A DNA stretch of 64,000 nt, from assembly GCA_964016885.1 (NCBI GenBank), contig OZ024742.1, positions 218,116,001-218,180,000 on the forward strand. Direction: 5' to 3'. The translations under genes were made by a program, and so were the position numbers. Of this stretch, positions 22,474 to 35,876 are shown piece after piece (within the stretch, counting starts at the first letter, position 1; every line of letters begins with the position of its first letter). The notes under the pieces were generated by a model. That model made no database searches and was not told the origin of the DNA. It was given only the letters and a program-made list of their open reading frames with translations. This stretch comes from Eledone cirrhosa (lineage: Eukaryota).

Positions 22474-22905
22474 TATTTATGGCTGTATTTAAACAAGTTT
22501 CTCAGTAATAGAGAGCCGGTTTCTAGTACAGAAACAAGACTCTTTCTTTGGAATTTAGACAACGCCAATTAGGTAATTATGTATGTCTGTATGTATGTGT
22601 GCGTGTGTGTTAGTGTGTGTGTATGTGTGTGTGTGTGTGTGCGTGTGTGTGTGTGTGGGGGGGGGGGGGGGGTAAATATGTCATTGTATGTGTAGATCTG
22701 TAAGGTTTCGGTTATACATACACATATACATATATTTCTGTATCTGTACGTGTATATAGGCAGTGATTACACGCTGAACGTCTGGAATGTTTTACGTATT
22801 TTTACAGTTCCTTTAATGGATTGTACTTTTAACGAGCTTTTCCTAGTTCTGTGAATCCCAGCTTCTGATGATTTGTGCGGAAGGTGTTAGTAACATCTAA
22901 GTACC
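22474..22905 (-). mobile_element. Third R4/Dong 3' end
   Basis: LGFTE..VQSIKGTVKIRKTFQTFSV* with a 3'UTR homologous to 16400-16620. Confidence 0.8.
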
Positions 22906-23154
22906 TAGGTACACATCTTAGAGTATAGCGTATTCGGATTCTTCTTTAGTTTGATCTAAATGTTCTGCTTTCCAGTAATCTGTGAGGACTATGTCAACCT
23001 TATAAAGTAAATACTCCTTTTTTTCCATTTTTTAGAAGGTTCTAAACACGACTATCAGGGTAAAATTTCTTTAGTAAGAAATACAGCGAAAGCTTCTATT
23101 TCTTATTTTAATATTTGTAAGTTTCGACCAACTGAAATAGTTGTCCATTATATT

Positions 23155-23365
23155 AGAGTTGATTGGAGTAATTGGTAGAATACCAGACAAAATGCTTTGC
23201 GGCATTTAGTTAAGATTCCCTATGTTCAAATCCCGCCGAGGTCAACTTTGCTCCTCATCCTTCGGGGAGTCAATAAAATAAAGTACCAGTTAAGTACTGG
23301 GGTTGATACAATCGACTCTCATCTTTTCCCCAAATTGCTGGTTCTGTACCAATGCTGGAAAGTCT
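23155..23365 (+). mobile_element. SINE family A, diverged
   Basis: gttcaaatcccgccgaggtcaactttg..ataaaataaagtaccagt. Confidence 0.8.
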
Positions 23366-23799
23366 ATGTATATATACAGACTGTGTATATATACAAAGAC
23401 ATGTACCTTCAACGTAATTCTCAGACATAATGAACAGGTGTCGTCATGTTAGAAATAATTGAACGATGGACCTCCGTCGGTTTCGACTATGAGTGTTCCA
23501 GTTGTTCGATCAACGAAACAACCGGCTCATGCAATTAATGTGTAATTGACTGAGCATTTCACAGACACGTGTACCCTTAATGCAATTGTCAAGGAGATCC
23601 AACGAGACAGAGTGTATGACAAAGCTTGTTTCTTGGATTACAGGTAAAATACAAAAAAAGTACAAAGGAAATAAAAGAAAATGGAACCAAAAGGTTATGT
23701 CACACATCATTCATTAGTTGCTACTTCATTAATGTCCAGTAATTGATTAGATCCTCTGAAATTAGATGGTGTTCGAGTAAACAATTCGTAGTTTTGTCA

Positions 23800-24400
<601 letters not shown>

Positions 24401-25099
24401 TTTTAAGTATTGTAAAGTCCTAAATAACTCCTTTTGCAATGTTATAAATTTGAAATGGCCGGATAATATCACCAGTAATTATGAAACCGGTCAATTATTT
24501 GTAAGTGTATTAGCAGAGTCGTTAGCCTTTCAAAAATAATACTTTGTGGCATTTGTTCAACTTTGTTCTCTGCGTAAAAATCCTACCGATGTCAACTTTG
24601 CCTTTCATCTTTTGAGAGTTGATAAATAAAGTGCCAGTCCAGGGACGGTGGATTGGTGAAGTTGTTAAAGCATCAAACAAGATTTTGTATCTATTCAGGG
24701 CCAGTGCTTTCTGGGATTAACACCCATCTCCTGTCACCAGAAGACCGAAGACACTTTTTTCCAGACGTTGCGACCGACTAGTATTAGCAATGAAAAAAAC
24801 CAATGGAAGCATAGTTTCCTTTAGTGTGATTTTGTGTATCAGCCCTTTTCTAAAATTTGTGATGATTTAAAAGGTTTTATTTGTACATTGTTCAAAATTG
24901 GTTGGGGTTAAATAGACTTTCCTTCTGAATTCTGTTGAAGTCTACATTAACTTCCATTTATCCAACATCTTATAGATATACCGTACATGAAATAACATCT
25001 AGTTAACATACTTTACCATATCTCCTACAAATATGTGGCTGTTTGCCAGTCGAAGAAATATACATGAGAAACTTCATTGTTATTATTCATTTGAAGATT

Positions 25100-25477
25100 G
25101 AGGGCGATGGATTGGCAGAACTGGTAGATCGTCGGATAAAATACCTTTGCAGTATTTGTTCCAGCTCTTTACGTTCTGAGTTCAAATCCCATCGAGTTCA
25201 CCTTTGTATTTGATCCTTCTGGGTCGATAAAATAAAGCACCAATCGAGTATATTCCCCTTCGCCCAAAACATTCTTGGCCATGTGTCTAACTTAGAAACC
25301 ATTATTCATTTAAAGATTGGTTAATTTCAGAATCGGTAGAGTGTTGGAAGCAATTCTTTCTGGTGTTTACTTATATCATTTTATTTTCTAAGTTCGAATT
25401 TTGCCGAGGTCAACTTTGACTTTTATCCGTAGATCGATAAAATATAGAACTAATCAAGTTCTGGGGTATCAATTTAA
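25100..25477 (+). mobile_element. Two adjacent SINE family A copies
   Basis: First copy has TSD attattcattt.aagattg; second is diverged and interrupted by the Helitron. Confidence 0.8.
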
Positions 25478-26007
25478 TCTTAATAGATAAAGGTGTGTAT
25501 GAATATAAAAAAGGTTTGCAAGCAACAGTTTTACACATATAGATGGAATTATCGACAGCGTCACATCTTTTAAAGGAAAGGCAACTTTTTCTGAAATTTT
25601 TTCATTTTAGCTTCAGAAAGAAAACTTAAGAATACTGTATACCCTCAAGCATTGCGACATACAATGAAAACGCTACTGATTAGAAAAATAATTTATTTAC
25701 AGTAACTATGTAGATTAGTACGGTAATTTGGAAAGAAAGTATGTTTTTCGAGAAAATAAATATGAGTGCCATATTTTTCTGTTTACTTTCTTTTTTTTTA
25801 AAGTATGTTTTTATGAAACTCAACTTGAAGTATCTTCTGAATTCCTTGGATGCAACATTTCCTTGTAAACCAACATTCTCAGAATAACTGAAAATTGTCA
25901 GTATATTTTTAAAGCAATTTATTCAAATACAAAATATAGTGAATTCACGTGATTATATTTCATTTTAGGTATTAATAAACCCGGAGAAAGCCGGATCCGG
26001 CTGCTAG
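25478..26007 (+). mobile_element. Short non-autonomous Helitron
   Basis: A|TCTTAATAGATAAA 5' end; ccgg-agaaag-ccgg hairpin followed by CTAG|T. Confidence 0.65.
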
Positions 26008-26539
26008 TACCCCTATAAAGCATCCTGTAAATGAGATTATAATAGAAAACTAAAATCGAATTACTTCCATCGTTCCGGAGGTTAATAAAAGTACCTGTCG
26101 AATACTGAGTCAGTAAAATAAATCAATTTAAAAAGTGTGTATTGTGTCGTTGTATTTCTATTACTTCACTTAGTGAAGGCTCGTGGCTTAGTGGTTAGAG
26201 AGTTGGATTCGCAATCGTGAGATTGCGAGTTCATTTCTCGGACCGAGTGATGCATTGTGTCCTTGAGAAAGACACTTTATTTCACGTTGCTCTTTCTGCC
26301 AGGAGTTGCGACCAATAGATAGTATCAGAAATGGTAAGATCAGTGGTAACATTGTTTCCTTGGTCTGATTTGACGAGGTCTACCCCACTCGGTCTGGGAT
26401 CTTGTCGATCGATCAGAGCGAACGATTAGTATGCCAGAAATCGTTGAAATGTTGTTATAATTATTATTACATAATCAGTGGAGCAACAGACAAAACGCTT
26501 TACAATACGTAGTGACATTACTTTACATTCTGAATTTAA

Positions 26540-26726
26540 GGCGGTGGATTGGCAGTATCGGTAGAGGGTCGGATGCCATGCTTTGAAGCATAGAGTTACC
26601 TCCCTGTATGATCTGAGTTCAAATCCCGCCGAGGTTAACTTTGCCTTTCATCCTTCTGGGTTCGATAAAATAAAGTACCAGTAATGCACTGGGTAATTGC
26701 TGGCCTTGTGCCAAAAATAGAAACAA
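26540..26726 (+). mobile_element. SINE family A with TSD attctgaatttaag
   Basis: Full body; TSD read on both sides. Confidence 0.9.
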
Positions 26727-27071
26727 TTCTGAATTTAAGTTATAAGGATAGGTTGACTTCTTACGAGGATTAATAAAATTAAGTACTAATCGAAAATTGG
26801 ACCGATGTTATAAACTATTTCTTCCTTCGTACTTATGTTAGCAACAATTATTATGTAAGAAGTTGTTTGGTAAGAATAAAGATTGTACAAATAGTACTCA
26901 TGGGGCTGTTCATATCCTCCGAAAAATACTATTTGTGTAACTCCAAAACAATCTTTCTCATATATTATCAAAACCACTTTTAAATGTGCATAATAACTAA
27001 TACTTTTTATCATTATGTTATTGTCATTCTATTATTTTAGCATCAATCAACTACCTTTAAACTATATAATA

Positions 27072-27776
27072 GTTTCTACTATTGGCACAAGGCCAGCAAT
27101 TATCCCAGTGTATTACTGGTACTTTATTTTATCGACCCCGTAAGGATGAAAGGCAAAGTTAACCTCGGCGGCGGAGTTTGAATTCAGACCATAAAGGGCC
27201 GTAACTCTGCAAAGCATGGCGTCCAACCCTCTACCGATACCGCCAATCCACGCCCTTTAAATTACATAATGTTCTTAAGTTTTGACAGATATTTTCTAGA
27301 GCAATACTTCTTTCGGACCCAGGGCACACGATTAAAACACAAATCCCTATCACTAATCTATATTCGTTCCCCAAAACATGGAAGTTATTAACCATTCTAA
27401 TCATAATACCCGCTTGAACTCATAACTTGCTATCGATTAAAACGACCCCAGTACATTACTGGTGCTTTATTTAAGGATGAAAGGCAAAGTTAACCTCGAC
27501 GGGATTTGAACTCAGACCATAAAGGGTCGTAACTCTATGCTGTAGAGCATGGCGTCTGACCCTCTACTGATACTGCCAATCCACCAATAATAATTGTTTC
27601 TACTTTTGGCACAAGGTCAGCAATTACCCCAGTACATTACTGGTACTTTATTTTATCGACCCTGTAAGGATGAAAGGCAAAGTTAACCTCGGCGGGATTT
27701 GAACTCAGACCGTAAAGGGACGTAACTATGCTGGAAAACATGGTGTCCGACTCTCTACCGATACTGGCAATCCACG
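27072..27776 (-). mobile_element. Cluster of three SINE family A copies (27072-27256, 27435-27585, 27595-27776)
   Basis: Reverse complements of the family body. Confidence 0.88.
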
Positions 27777-28275
27777 TAATGATTTCTTTTATTAGCCACA
27801 CGGGCATCCGATGGAGGAGACGATACAAAGATATGTTAAAATATTAGGTTGGAGGTGTACATAGAAATGGAGAAAAAAATAATAGCAACAACAACAACAA
27901 TGCTAATAATCATGTTTAGCTTTCTACGGTATGTATAACAATATTGGCAAGACACCATGATTATTTGAGAATTGTACTGAATAACAAAGTTTAGGATTAT
28001 TACTGGGTTTACAGAAATCTTGCCAAAAGCTAAGATGCAGCTGGAATGGTACGACAGGTGGCTCTTGGAAAATATATGATATAAAAAATAGAAAGAAAGA
28101 GAATTCACGATATGGAGAAGAAGAAGAAGAAGAAGAAGAAGAAGAAGAAGAAGAAGAAGAAGAAGAAGAAGAAGAAGAAGAAGAAGAAGAAGAAGAAGAA
28201 GAATGAAAGATGGAATTATAATGAGCATGAGGAGAAAGGGAATAAAAAAACGAATGAAAGAGAAAGAGGATGAGT

Positions 28276-28358
<83 letters not shown>

Positions 28359-28439
28359 AGAGAGAAAGAGAGAGAGAGAGAGAAAAGAAGGAAAAGAAAA
28401 TATATATAGATACAGCAAGAGTTGAAGGAATGTGAACTT

Positions 28440-28601
28440 GCAAAATAACAATAACAACAACAACTACTACAACACCTGCAGCATTTGCAACAACAATAAT
28501 AACAACAGGAGCAACAGCAGCAGTAACAACGACAACAACAACAACAGCAACAGCAGCAACAGCAACAGCAGAAACAACAGCAGCAACAATAACAACAGCA
28601 G

Positions 28602-28651
<50 letters not shown>

Positions 28652-28695
28652 ACAATAACAACAGCAGCAACAACAGCAGCAACAGCAGCAACAAT

Positions 28696-28732
<37 letters not shown>

Positions 28733-28790
28733 ACAATAACAACAGCAGTAACAACAACAGCAACAGCAGCAACAGCAACAGCAGCAACAA

Positions 28791-28843
<53 letters not shown>

Positions 28844-29126
28844 TCAGCAACAATAACAACAGCAGCAACAACAGCAACAGCAGCAACAGCAACAGCAGCA
28901 ACAACAGCAACAGCAGCAACAACAACAGTAGCAGCAGCAACAACAACAGCAGCAACAATAACATCAGCAGCAGCAACAATAGCAGCAACTGCAGCAGCAG
29001 CAACAATGACAGCAGCAACAAGAGCAGCAACAGCAACAACAATAACAACAGCAGCAACAATGACAGCAGCAACAACAGCAGCAACAGCAACAACAATAAC
29101 AACAGCAGCAACAACAACAGCAACAG

Positions 29127-29170
<44 letters not shown>

Positions 29171-29219
29171 ACAACAGCAGTAACAGCAGCAACAATAACA
29201 ACAGCAGCAACAACAGCAG

Positions 29220-29254
<35 letters not shown>

Positions 29255-29418
29255 ACAACAGCAGCAACAGCAGCAACAATAACATCAGCAACAGCAGCAA
29301 CAATAGCAGCAACTGCAGCAGCAGCAACAATGACAGCAGCAACAACAGCAGCAACAGCAACAACAATAAAAATAATAAATACATTAAAACAAAGCAAAAA
29401 AATATCCTAATAAAATAT

Positions 29419-29456
<38 letters not shown>

Positions 29457-29544
29457 GGTGGTGGTGGTGGTGGTGGTGGTGGTGGTGGTGGTGGTGGTGG
29501 TGGTAGTAGTGGTGTTGGTGGTGGTGGTGGTGGTGGTGGTGGTG

Positions 29545-29594
<50 letters not shown>

Positions 29595-29628
29595 GGTGGT
29601 GGTGGTGGTGGTGGTGGTGGTGGTGGTG

Positions 29629-29672
<44 letters not shown>

Positions 29673-29712
29673 GGTGGTGGTGGTGGTGGTGGTGGTGGTG
29701 GTTGTGGTGGTG

Positions 29713-29754
<42 letters not shown>

Positions 29755-29778
29755 TTGATGGTGGTGGTGGTGGTGGTG

Positions 29779-29822
<44 letters not shown>

Positions 29823-30169
29823 GGTGGTGGTGGTGGTGGTGGTGGTGGTGGTGGTGGTGGTGGTAGTAGTAGTAGTAGTAGTGGTGGTGGTTGTGGTGGT
29901 GGTGGTGGTAGTGGTGGTGGTGGTGGTGGTGGTGGTGGTGGTGGTGGTGGTGGTGGTGGCGGTGGCGGTAGTGGTGGTGGTGGTGGTGGTGGTGGTGGTG
30001 TTGGTGGTGGTGGTGGTGGTGGTGTTGGTGGTGGTGGTGGTGGTGGTGTTGGTGGTGGTGGTGGTGGTGGTGGTGGTGGTGGTGGTGGTAGTAGTAATAG
30101 TGGTGGTGGTAGTAGCAACAGTAACAGCGGTAGTAGAAGTAGTAGTAGAAGTAGTAGTTGCAGCAGCGA

Positions 30170-30224
<55 letters not shown>

Positions 30225-30340
30225 TGCAGCAGCAGCAGTAGCAGTAGTAGAAGAAGAAGCAGCAGCAGCGGTAGAAGTAGAAGTAGTAGTAGAAGTAGTA
30301 GTAGTAGTAGAAGTAGTAGAAGTAGTAGTAGTAGTAGTTA
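28440..30340. repeat. (CAG/CAA)n tract (28440-29370) followed by (GTG/GTA)n tract (29420-30340)
   Basis: Direct reading. Confidence 0.95.
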
Positions 30341-30420
30341 AACTGGATGTTAAAATAAAATAGTAATCGTTACACAATAAACAGTAAATTTAGAAGTGAA
30401 TAAACAACTGTTCTGATAAG

Positions 30421-30565
30421 TGTTTCTACTTTTGGCACAAGACCAGTAATTACCCAGTGCATTACTGGTACTTTATTTTATCGACCCCGTAAGGATGAAA
30501 GGCAAAGTTAACCTCGGCGGGATTTGAACTCAGAATGGCAAGGGCCGTAACTCTATGCGTCAAAG
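30421..30565 (-). mobile_element. SINE family A
   Basis: Reverse complement of the family body. Confidence 0.88.
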
Positions 30566-30577
30566 TATGTTCTCATG

Positions 30578-30617
<40 letters not shown>

Positions 30618-30861
30618 GGTGTCCTAAAAAATGTATATACACTTCAACAGCATTCTAATAAATATGTGTATATATATATATAAACATATATATATATATA
30701 TGTGTATAAACACACACACACACACACACATATATGCATTCTTCTAATGTGATATTTCTATAAATATATTTCAGTTCTTTTGCACTGATGCTAAGAAACA
30801 TCTTTAGAATAGAGGCGCAGACACTAACATACGCACACATACGCACCTACGTATATTCCCA

Positions 30862-30985
<124 letters not shown>

Positions 30986-31059
30986 CATACACAATAGACA
31001 GACATACGCTCACAAACGTACAAACACGCGCAGAACTGTTGCATCTAAGACAAGATAAA

Positions 31060-31530
31060 GATGGTGTAACCTGGACCAAGAGTATATTTGATTAATGTGG
31101 TTCCACTCGCTTCAGTCGCAAACCTGGGCACCGCCACTCGCAATGCATAGGAGTGGAAGATAACCAAATTCCGGGCCGCTTCCCCTTTGAGTCAGTCGTC
31201 TTTGAGACCTCTGGCGTCCTCGGTCCCCAAACTGCTGTTTTCCTCCGCAAAATTGGGAAGACTTCAGCTCGCTTGAGGAATTTGACCCATGAGGTGGGGG
31301 TCTGTTGCAGCAAATGTCGCTGGCCATTTTCTGCCTTCGCTATTTTGTCCGCGAGGTGCAGCTGAAATATAAGGCTCAGACTGGGGTGTACAACCTATCA
31401 CTTCTTCTTCATTTTCCTTTCTTTCGTTGCTCAATTTCTTCCTTCTTTATTCTTTTTCTTCTCTTTATTTTTCATTTCTTTAATGCTAGTTTTGTATAGT
31501 TTTCTCTTCAGTTTAATAAACTTATATCTG
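31060..31530 (+). pseudogene. CRE-clade LINE 3' end (REL endonuclease C-terminus + 3'UTR)
   Basis: FESVVFETSGVLGPQTAVFLRKIG..LQQMSLAI..FAIL resembles FxPxxxETxGxxGPxAxxFL..QRLSLA..GNA; T-rich UTR with aataaa. Confidence 0.7.
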
Positions 31531-31931
31531 TAATAATTATATAAAGCTGGTGTTTTCATTAATTTTTGTTATTGGTCTGACCGGGAGAAAGTGGTTATAT
31601 CCAGAGACTTGTGAGATCATTGATGAAGTCAATGCTTCTCTAGCTGTGGACAAATGGTTAAGAAGTTCGCTTCGCAAACATTAGGTCCTGGGTACATTCC
31701 TACAGCATGGCATCTTCGGCAAGTGCCATTTACCATAGTTTCGACTCGCCCTATGCCTTGTAAGTGAAATTGACTAGATGGAAGCTGCTTGGAAGACCCT
31801 CGGATGGACTGAACCTATAAACCAAAGGACCAACTTTGTCACAATTGTCACGCTAAATATCCCTGAGAACTACAAGAAGGGTACATGTATTTCTGGAATT
31901 CTTAGCCACTTACATTAATTTCATTAACAGA

Positions 31932-32045
31932 CTGAGTTCAAATCCCGCCGAGGTTGACTTTGCCTTTCATCCTTACGGGGTCGATAAAATAAAGTACCAG
32001 TAATGCACTGGGTAATTGCTGGCCTTGTGCCTAATGTAGAAACAA
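31932..32045 (+). mobile_element. 5'-truncated SINE A nested in SINE B, TSD attaatttcattaacaga
   Basis: TSD read on both sides. Confidence 0.9.
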
Positions 32046-32974
32046 TTAATTTCATTAACAGACTGTTCCGTTGGACGAACAAATGGAACATTCTTCGTGG
32101 AAACCGATGAAAGTCCATTTCGTTCCTCTAGAATAGTTGGAGGGGATGGCTGGACGTAGAAAACGTGGGGAGGTTGTAATTCCAGAGAGTCAATGTTCTC
32201 AGAAGAACTGCATTTAATGGTTTATATGGAGCCCGGAGAGAAGGGAGAAGGTGCATAACATGGGCAAAAAGAGAAGATACGGGTGGAGTTCAGATGGCAT
32301 GAGATGAGCCACTCCGAGGAGTAGAGGCGACTCTAATAGAGAAAAGAAAGAAAACACAAAATAAGAGGAACAAACTCATTAGTGGAGTGTGTTGGTGAGC
32401 GACTTTATGCAGATCAATTAGATGAAATTGTGGGATGATATCTTGAATAGTGTCTACAGAAGCTTGGACATTTAAGGTGCAGACTTGCCAGATTTGAATT
32501 CAGGACACAAAAATAAAAATAGATAATCTGATGAATACTAATAATGTTTTGTTTTTTTTAATAATAGTCTTAATTTGCGGGACCCGTAGATATTCCACGT
32601 TGTATAAATGTTCATATTTCTATTTCGATCTAATGTATAGATCCTAATTTATATATAACATTGATTCATTTTGTTAAGTATTTCGATTATGTTTTCCATT
32701 TCGTTCCATAGTTATATTTGTCTTAACAAAGGTTGTTATTTAGAATAGTGAGTCTTGTTTGATATTGTTTCTTTGGTATAGTGTGTGAGTGTGTGTCCGT
32801 GAAATATATACATATACACCAGGTCCGAACACAAAGGAACCAAACTCCTACTGTCACTGCACCCGTCTCTCCCACTCTTCCCATCCCTCACTATTATGAG
32901 CAATATTATGAGCAAATGTTTGTTAAAATGTAACACTCGAACACATTCCATGACAAGCAAAATAATAATAATAG

Positions 32975-33130
32975 TCATTTTTACTTTTGACACAAGGCCA
33001 GCAATTTGAAAAGAAGGGGAAAAGTCGATCAAATAGACTCGAGTTCATTACTGGTACTTTATTTTATCGACTCTGTAAGGATGAAAAGCAAAGTTAACCT
33101 CGGCGGGATTTTAGCTCAGAACGTAAAGAA
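32975..33130 (-). mobile_element. SINE family A, long variant
   Basis: Reverse complement of the family body. Confidence 0.82.
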
Positions 33131-34226
33131 CCATAAGTAACTAAATAACGCAAACAAACCGTCAGCTTGTAATTATTCAAGAACATCAACCACCAACCAC
33201 ATCTATATCCCAGGTCTCTATGGGAAAACGAATGTTATGGCTACATCTTTTATCGACAAAAGTTTAGCAACGACGTATAGGCTGCCTCATTAGCTTAGGG
33301 CTCTATTGTAATTGCATTAGAAGAAGCAGGGAGAAGAAACTTAACCAATGGTTGTAGAGACCTGTAAAATATGTTTTTGACAGACAACAGGTAACCTAGA
33401 TATTTTCACGTCGTGAGGTAATCAGCAATGAGTTAATAACAGAAGAGACACCCACGCAACAACCAGGAAGTTTAACTTTGTTAAGGAAGCATATCGACCG
33501 AAGTCAAAGAACTGTTCTGCTAGTTGGCTTTCCACATCATGATACTTGTTAACAACTGTTGATCTGGAAAGGTGGCTCAAAATTCCATCTCATATCATTC
33601 AGTCCTTCGTGAAACGAAACATCATCTTGGTTTTTGTGGCAACAACACAGCTCATTCCATTATAACTAACTGTTGTCTAGGAGGAGAAGATGAAGGAGGC
33701 TCAAGGAAAGAAGAGGGAAAAGTACCAGGAATTCGTAACGGACTGCTGCAGAAATGGGGGAGGGAAGGTACATGGAAATGGGGATGAGCAGTTGAGGGTT
33801 CGCATGGCGTTCTCTTAGTAGAACCTGTGGAAATTTGGGTATTACAGAAGGGAGCAGGAGAATTGTGAATACAACAGAGAGGGCATTCTCTTGGTGGAAA
33901 GAAGTGAGTGGTGAGATTTGCAGAATGCCAGTTGAACACAGGGTGGGGCTTGATCAATCTTTGTTGGGTTAATTAGATGAGGGCGTGTATCGTGAGACAC
34001 GAAATACTTAGTGACACCAGCATATAGATCGTACTAGTGATATGTAAAGGAAGATTAAAATATAAGAGTGATCTATATAACGAGAGTTAATCTACGTATA
34101 AATGTAGTTTAATGACTTGTAAGTCAGTGTTTAAAAAATATATCTAATGATGTAAATCTGATTAAGACAAATGAGATATGGATTCAAGATTGGATTTCAA
34201 TACGAATATAATAGCCACTGCATGAG

Positions 34227-34343
<117 letters not shown>

Positions 34344-34365
34344 ATATATATATATATATATATAT

Positions 34366-34535
34366 ACAAAGAGGGTGTGGTAAGATACGAGGTGGACCAT
34401 AACGCACCCGAGTACTCGATACTAGAGTGCGTAATATGAAAAGATTCAGGACCCCGACGGCTGAGCTCCGGGGCCGTTTCAACAGCTAGATCCGAAATGG
34501 CCGGAGCTCAGCCGTCGAGGTCCTGAATCTTTTCA
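34366..34535 (-). mobile_element. Fold-back family G, copy 1
   Basis: ~70-bp leader abutting (TA)n plus palindrome 34437-34535. Confidence 0.8.
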
Positions 34536-34647
34536 CACACACATACACACATATATATATATATATATTCGGATTACATTGAGTTCTTCATACGGATTGG
34601 ACACTACCGTGCATTTTGGTAGATTTATCTATATACATATATATATA

Positions 34648-35036
34648 GTTTTGCGTGGTTTTTGATATGAAATCGTGTGTCGAAACAAATATTGTTATAC
34701 GCATGCGCAAAGAAGACAAAAAAATAAACAAATAAATAAATATATAAACAGACTAAATAAAGATGGCGTAGACATACAATGCAACGGGAGGAAACAATAG
34801 CACCACTGACGATGTTGCAGATGTGCAACGAAAGAACTTTGATAGACTATATATATGTGTTTGTGTCTATATTGTATCTGTATTTTTGACCGTTGGTCAG
34901 TCAATGGCAACATTGAGGACCGAATAAATTAGATTACCGATATAAAAGACACAGAAGCGAAACCCAACCAAACAGTGAGTGTGTTCAGTTATTAATTCTA
35001 GCAATATTACACAAATATGACCCTCCCCAAGTATAA

Positions 35037-35040
<4 letters not shown>
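34648..35040 (+). mobile_element. PLE-like pLTR fragment with HHR, ending atgaccctccccaagtataacaat(at)n
   Basis: 3' terminus and the aagatggcgtag motif are shared with 53062-53481. Confidence 0.75.
34802..34843 (+). ncRNA. Minimal hammerhead ribozyme motif
   Basis: acca CTGACGA t gttgca gatg tgcaac GAAA gaac TT tgat; perfect 6-bp stem II. Confidence 0.7.
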
Positions 35041-35071
<31 letters not shown>

Positions 35072-35090
35072 CATATACATATATATATAC

Positions 35091-35161
<71 letters not shown>

Positions 35162-35197
35162 CATATATATATATACATATATATATATACATATATA

Positions 35198-35388
35198 TAA
35201 CGAAGGAAATGTGGTAAGGAACCAGGTGGACCATAACGCACCAAAGTACTCAATACTTAGGGTAGTAGAGTGGGTAATAGGAACGAATAGGACCCCGACG
35301 GCTGAGCTCAAGCCGTTTCGACGGCTAATTCAGTCCAGAATTAGCCGTCGAAACGGCTTGAGCTCAGCCGTCGGGGTCCTACTCGTTC
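35198..35388 (-). mobile_element. Fold-back family G, copy 2
   Basis: Leader plus near-perfect 108-bp palindrome 35281-35388 (loop agtcca), between (TA)n tracts. Confidence 0.85.
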
Positions 35389-35420
35389 ATATATATATAT
35401 ATATATGTGTGTGTATGTGT

Positions 35421-35452
<32 letters not shown>

Positions 35453-35590
35453 TTTAGGTAATTCCAAAGGAAAAACAAAGGAAAAAGGAGTGCTCTATGT
35501 ATAGAACAGAGCTATATAATGAGAGAGTGAACAACACAAAATATAACTACTCCATTACCAAAGGTTGTTAAATTTTTAATTATATATATA

Positions 35591-35774
35591 TAACGAAGGA
35601 GTTGTGGTAAGGAACGAGATGGACCATAACGCACCAGAGTACTCAATACTTAGGGTAGTGAGTGGGTAATAGGAAAATGTATGACTCCGACGGCAGAGCT
35701 CAAGCCGTTCGACGGCTATTTCAGAAATAGCAGTCGAAACGGCTTGAGCTCTGCCGTCGGGGTCATACATTTTC
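35591..35774 (-). mobile_element. Fold-back family G, copy 3
   Basis: Leader plus palindrome 35673-35774, between (TA)n tracts. Confidence 0.85.

Positions 35775-35876
<102 letters not shown>

Noticed and set aside
27920-28110. Possible host exon after a polypyrimidine tract (minus strand)
   Set aside because: No recognisable protein motif or partner exon.
28216-30377. Long ORFs (poly-N/S/V, poly-T/L, 393-643 aa)
   Set aside because: Trinucleotide repeat artefacts, open in several frames on both strands.
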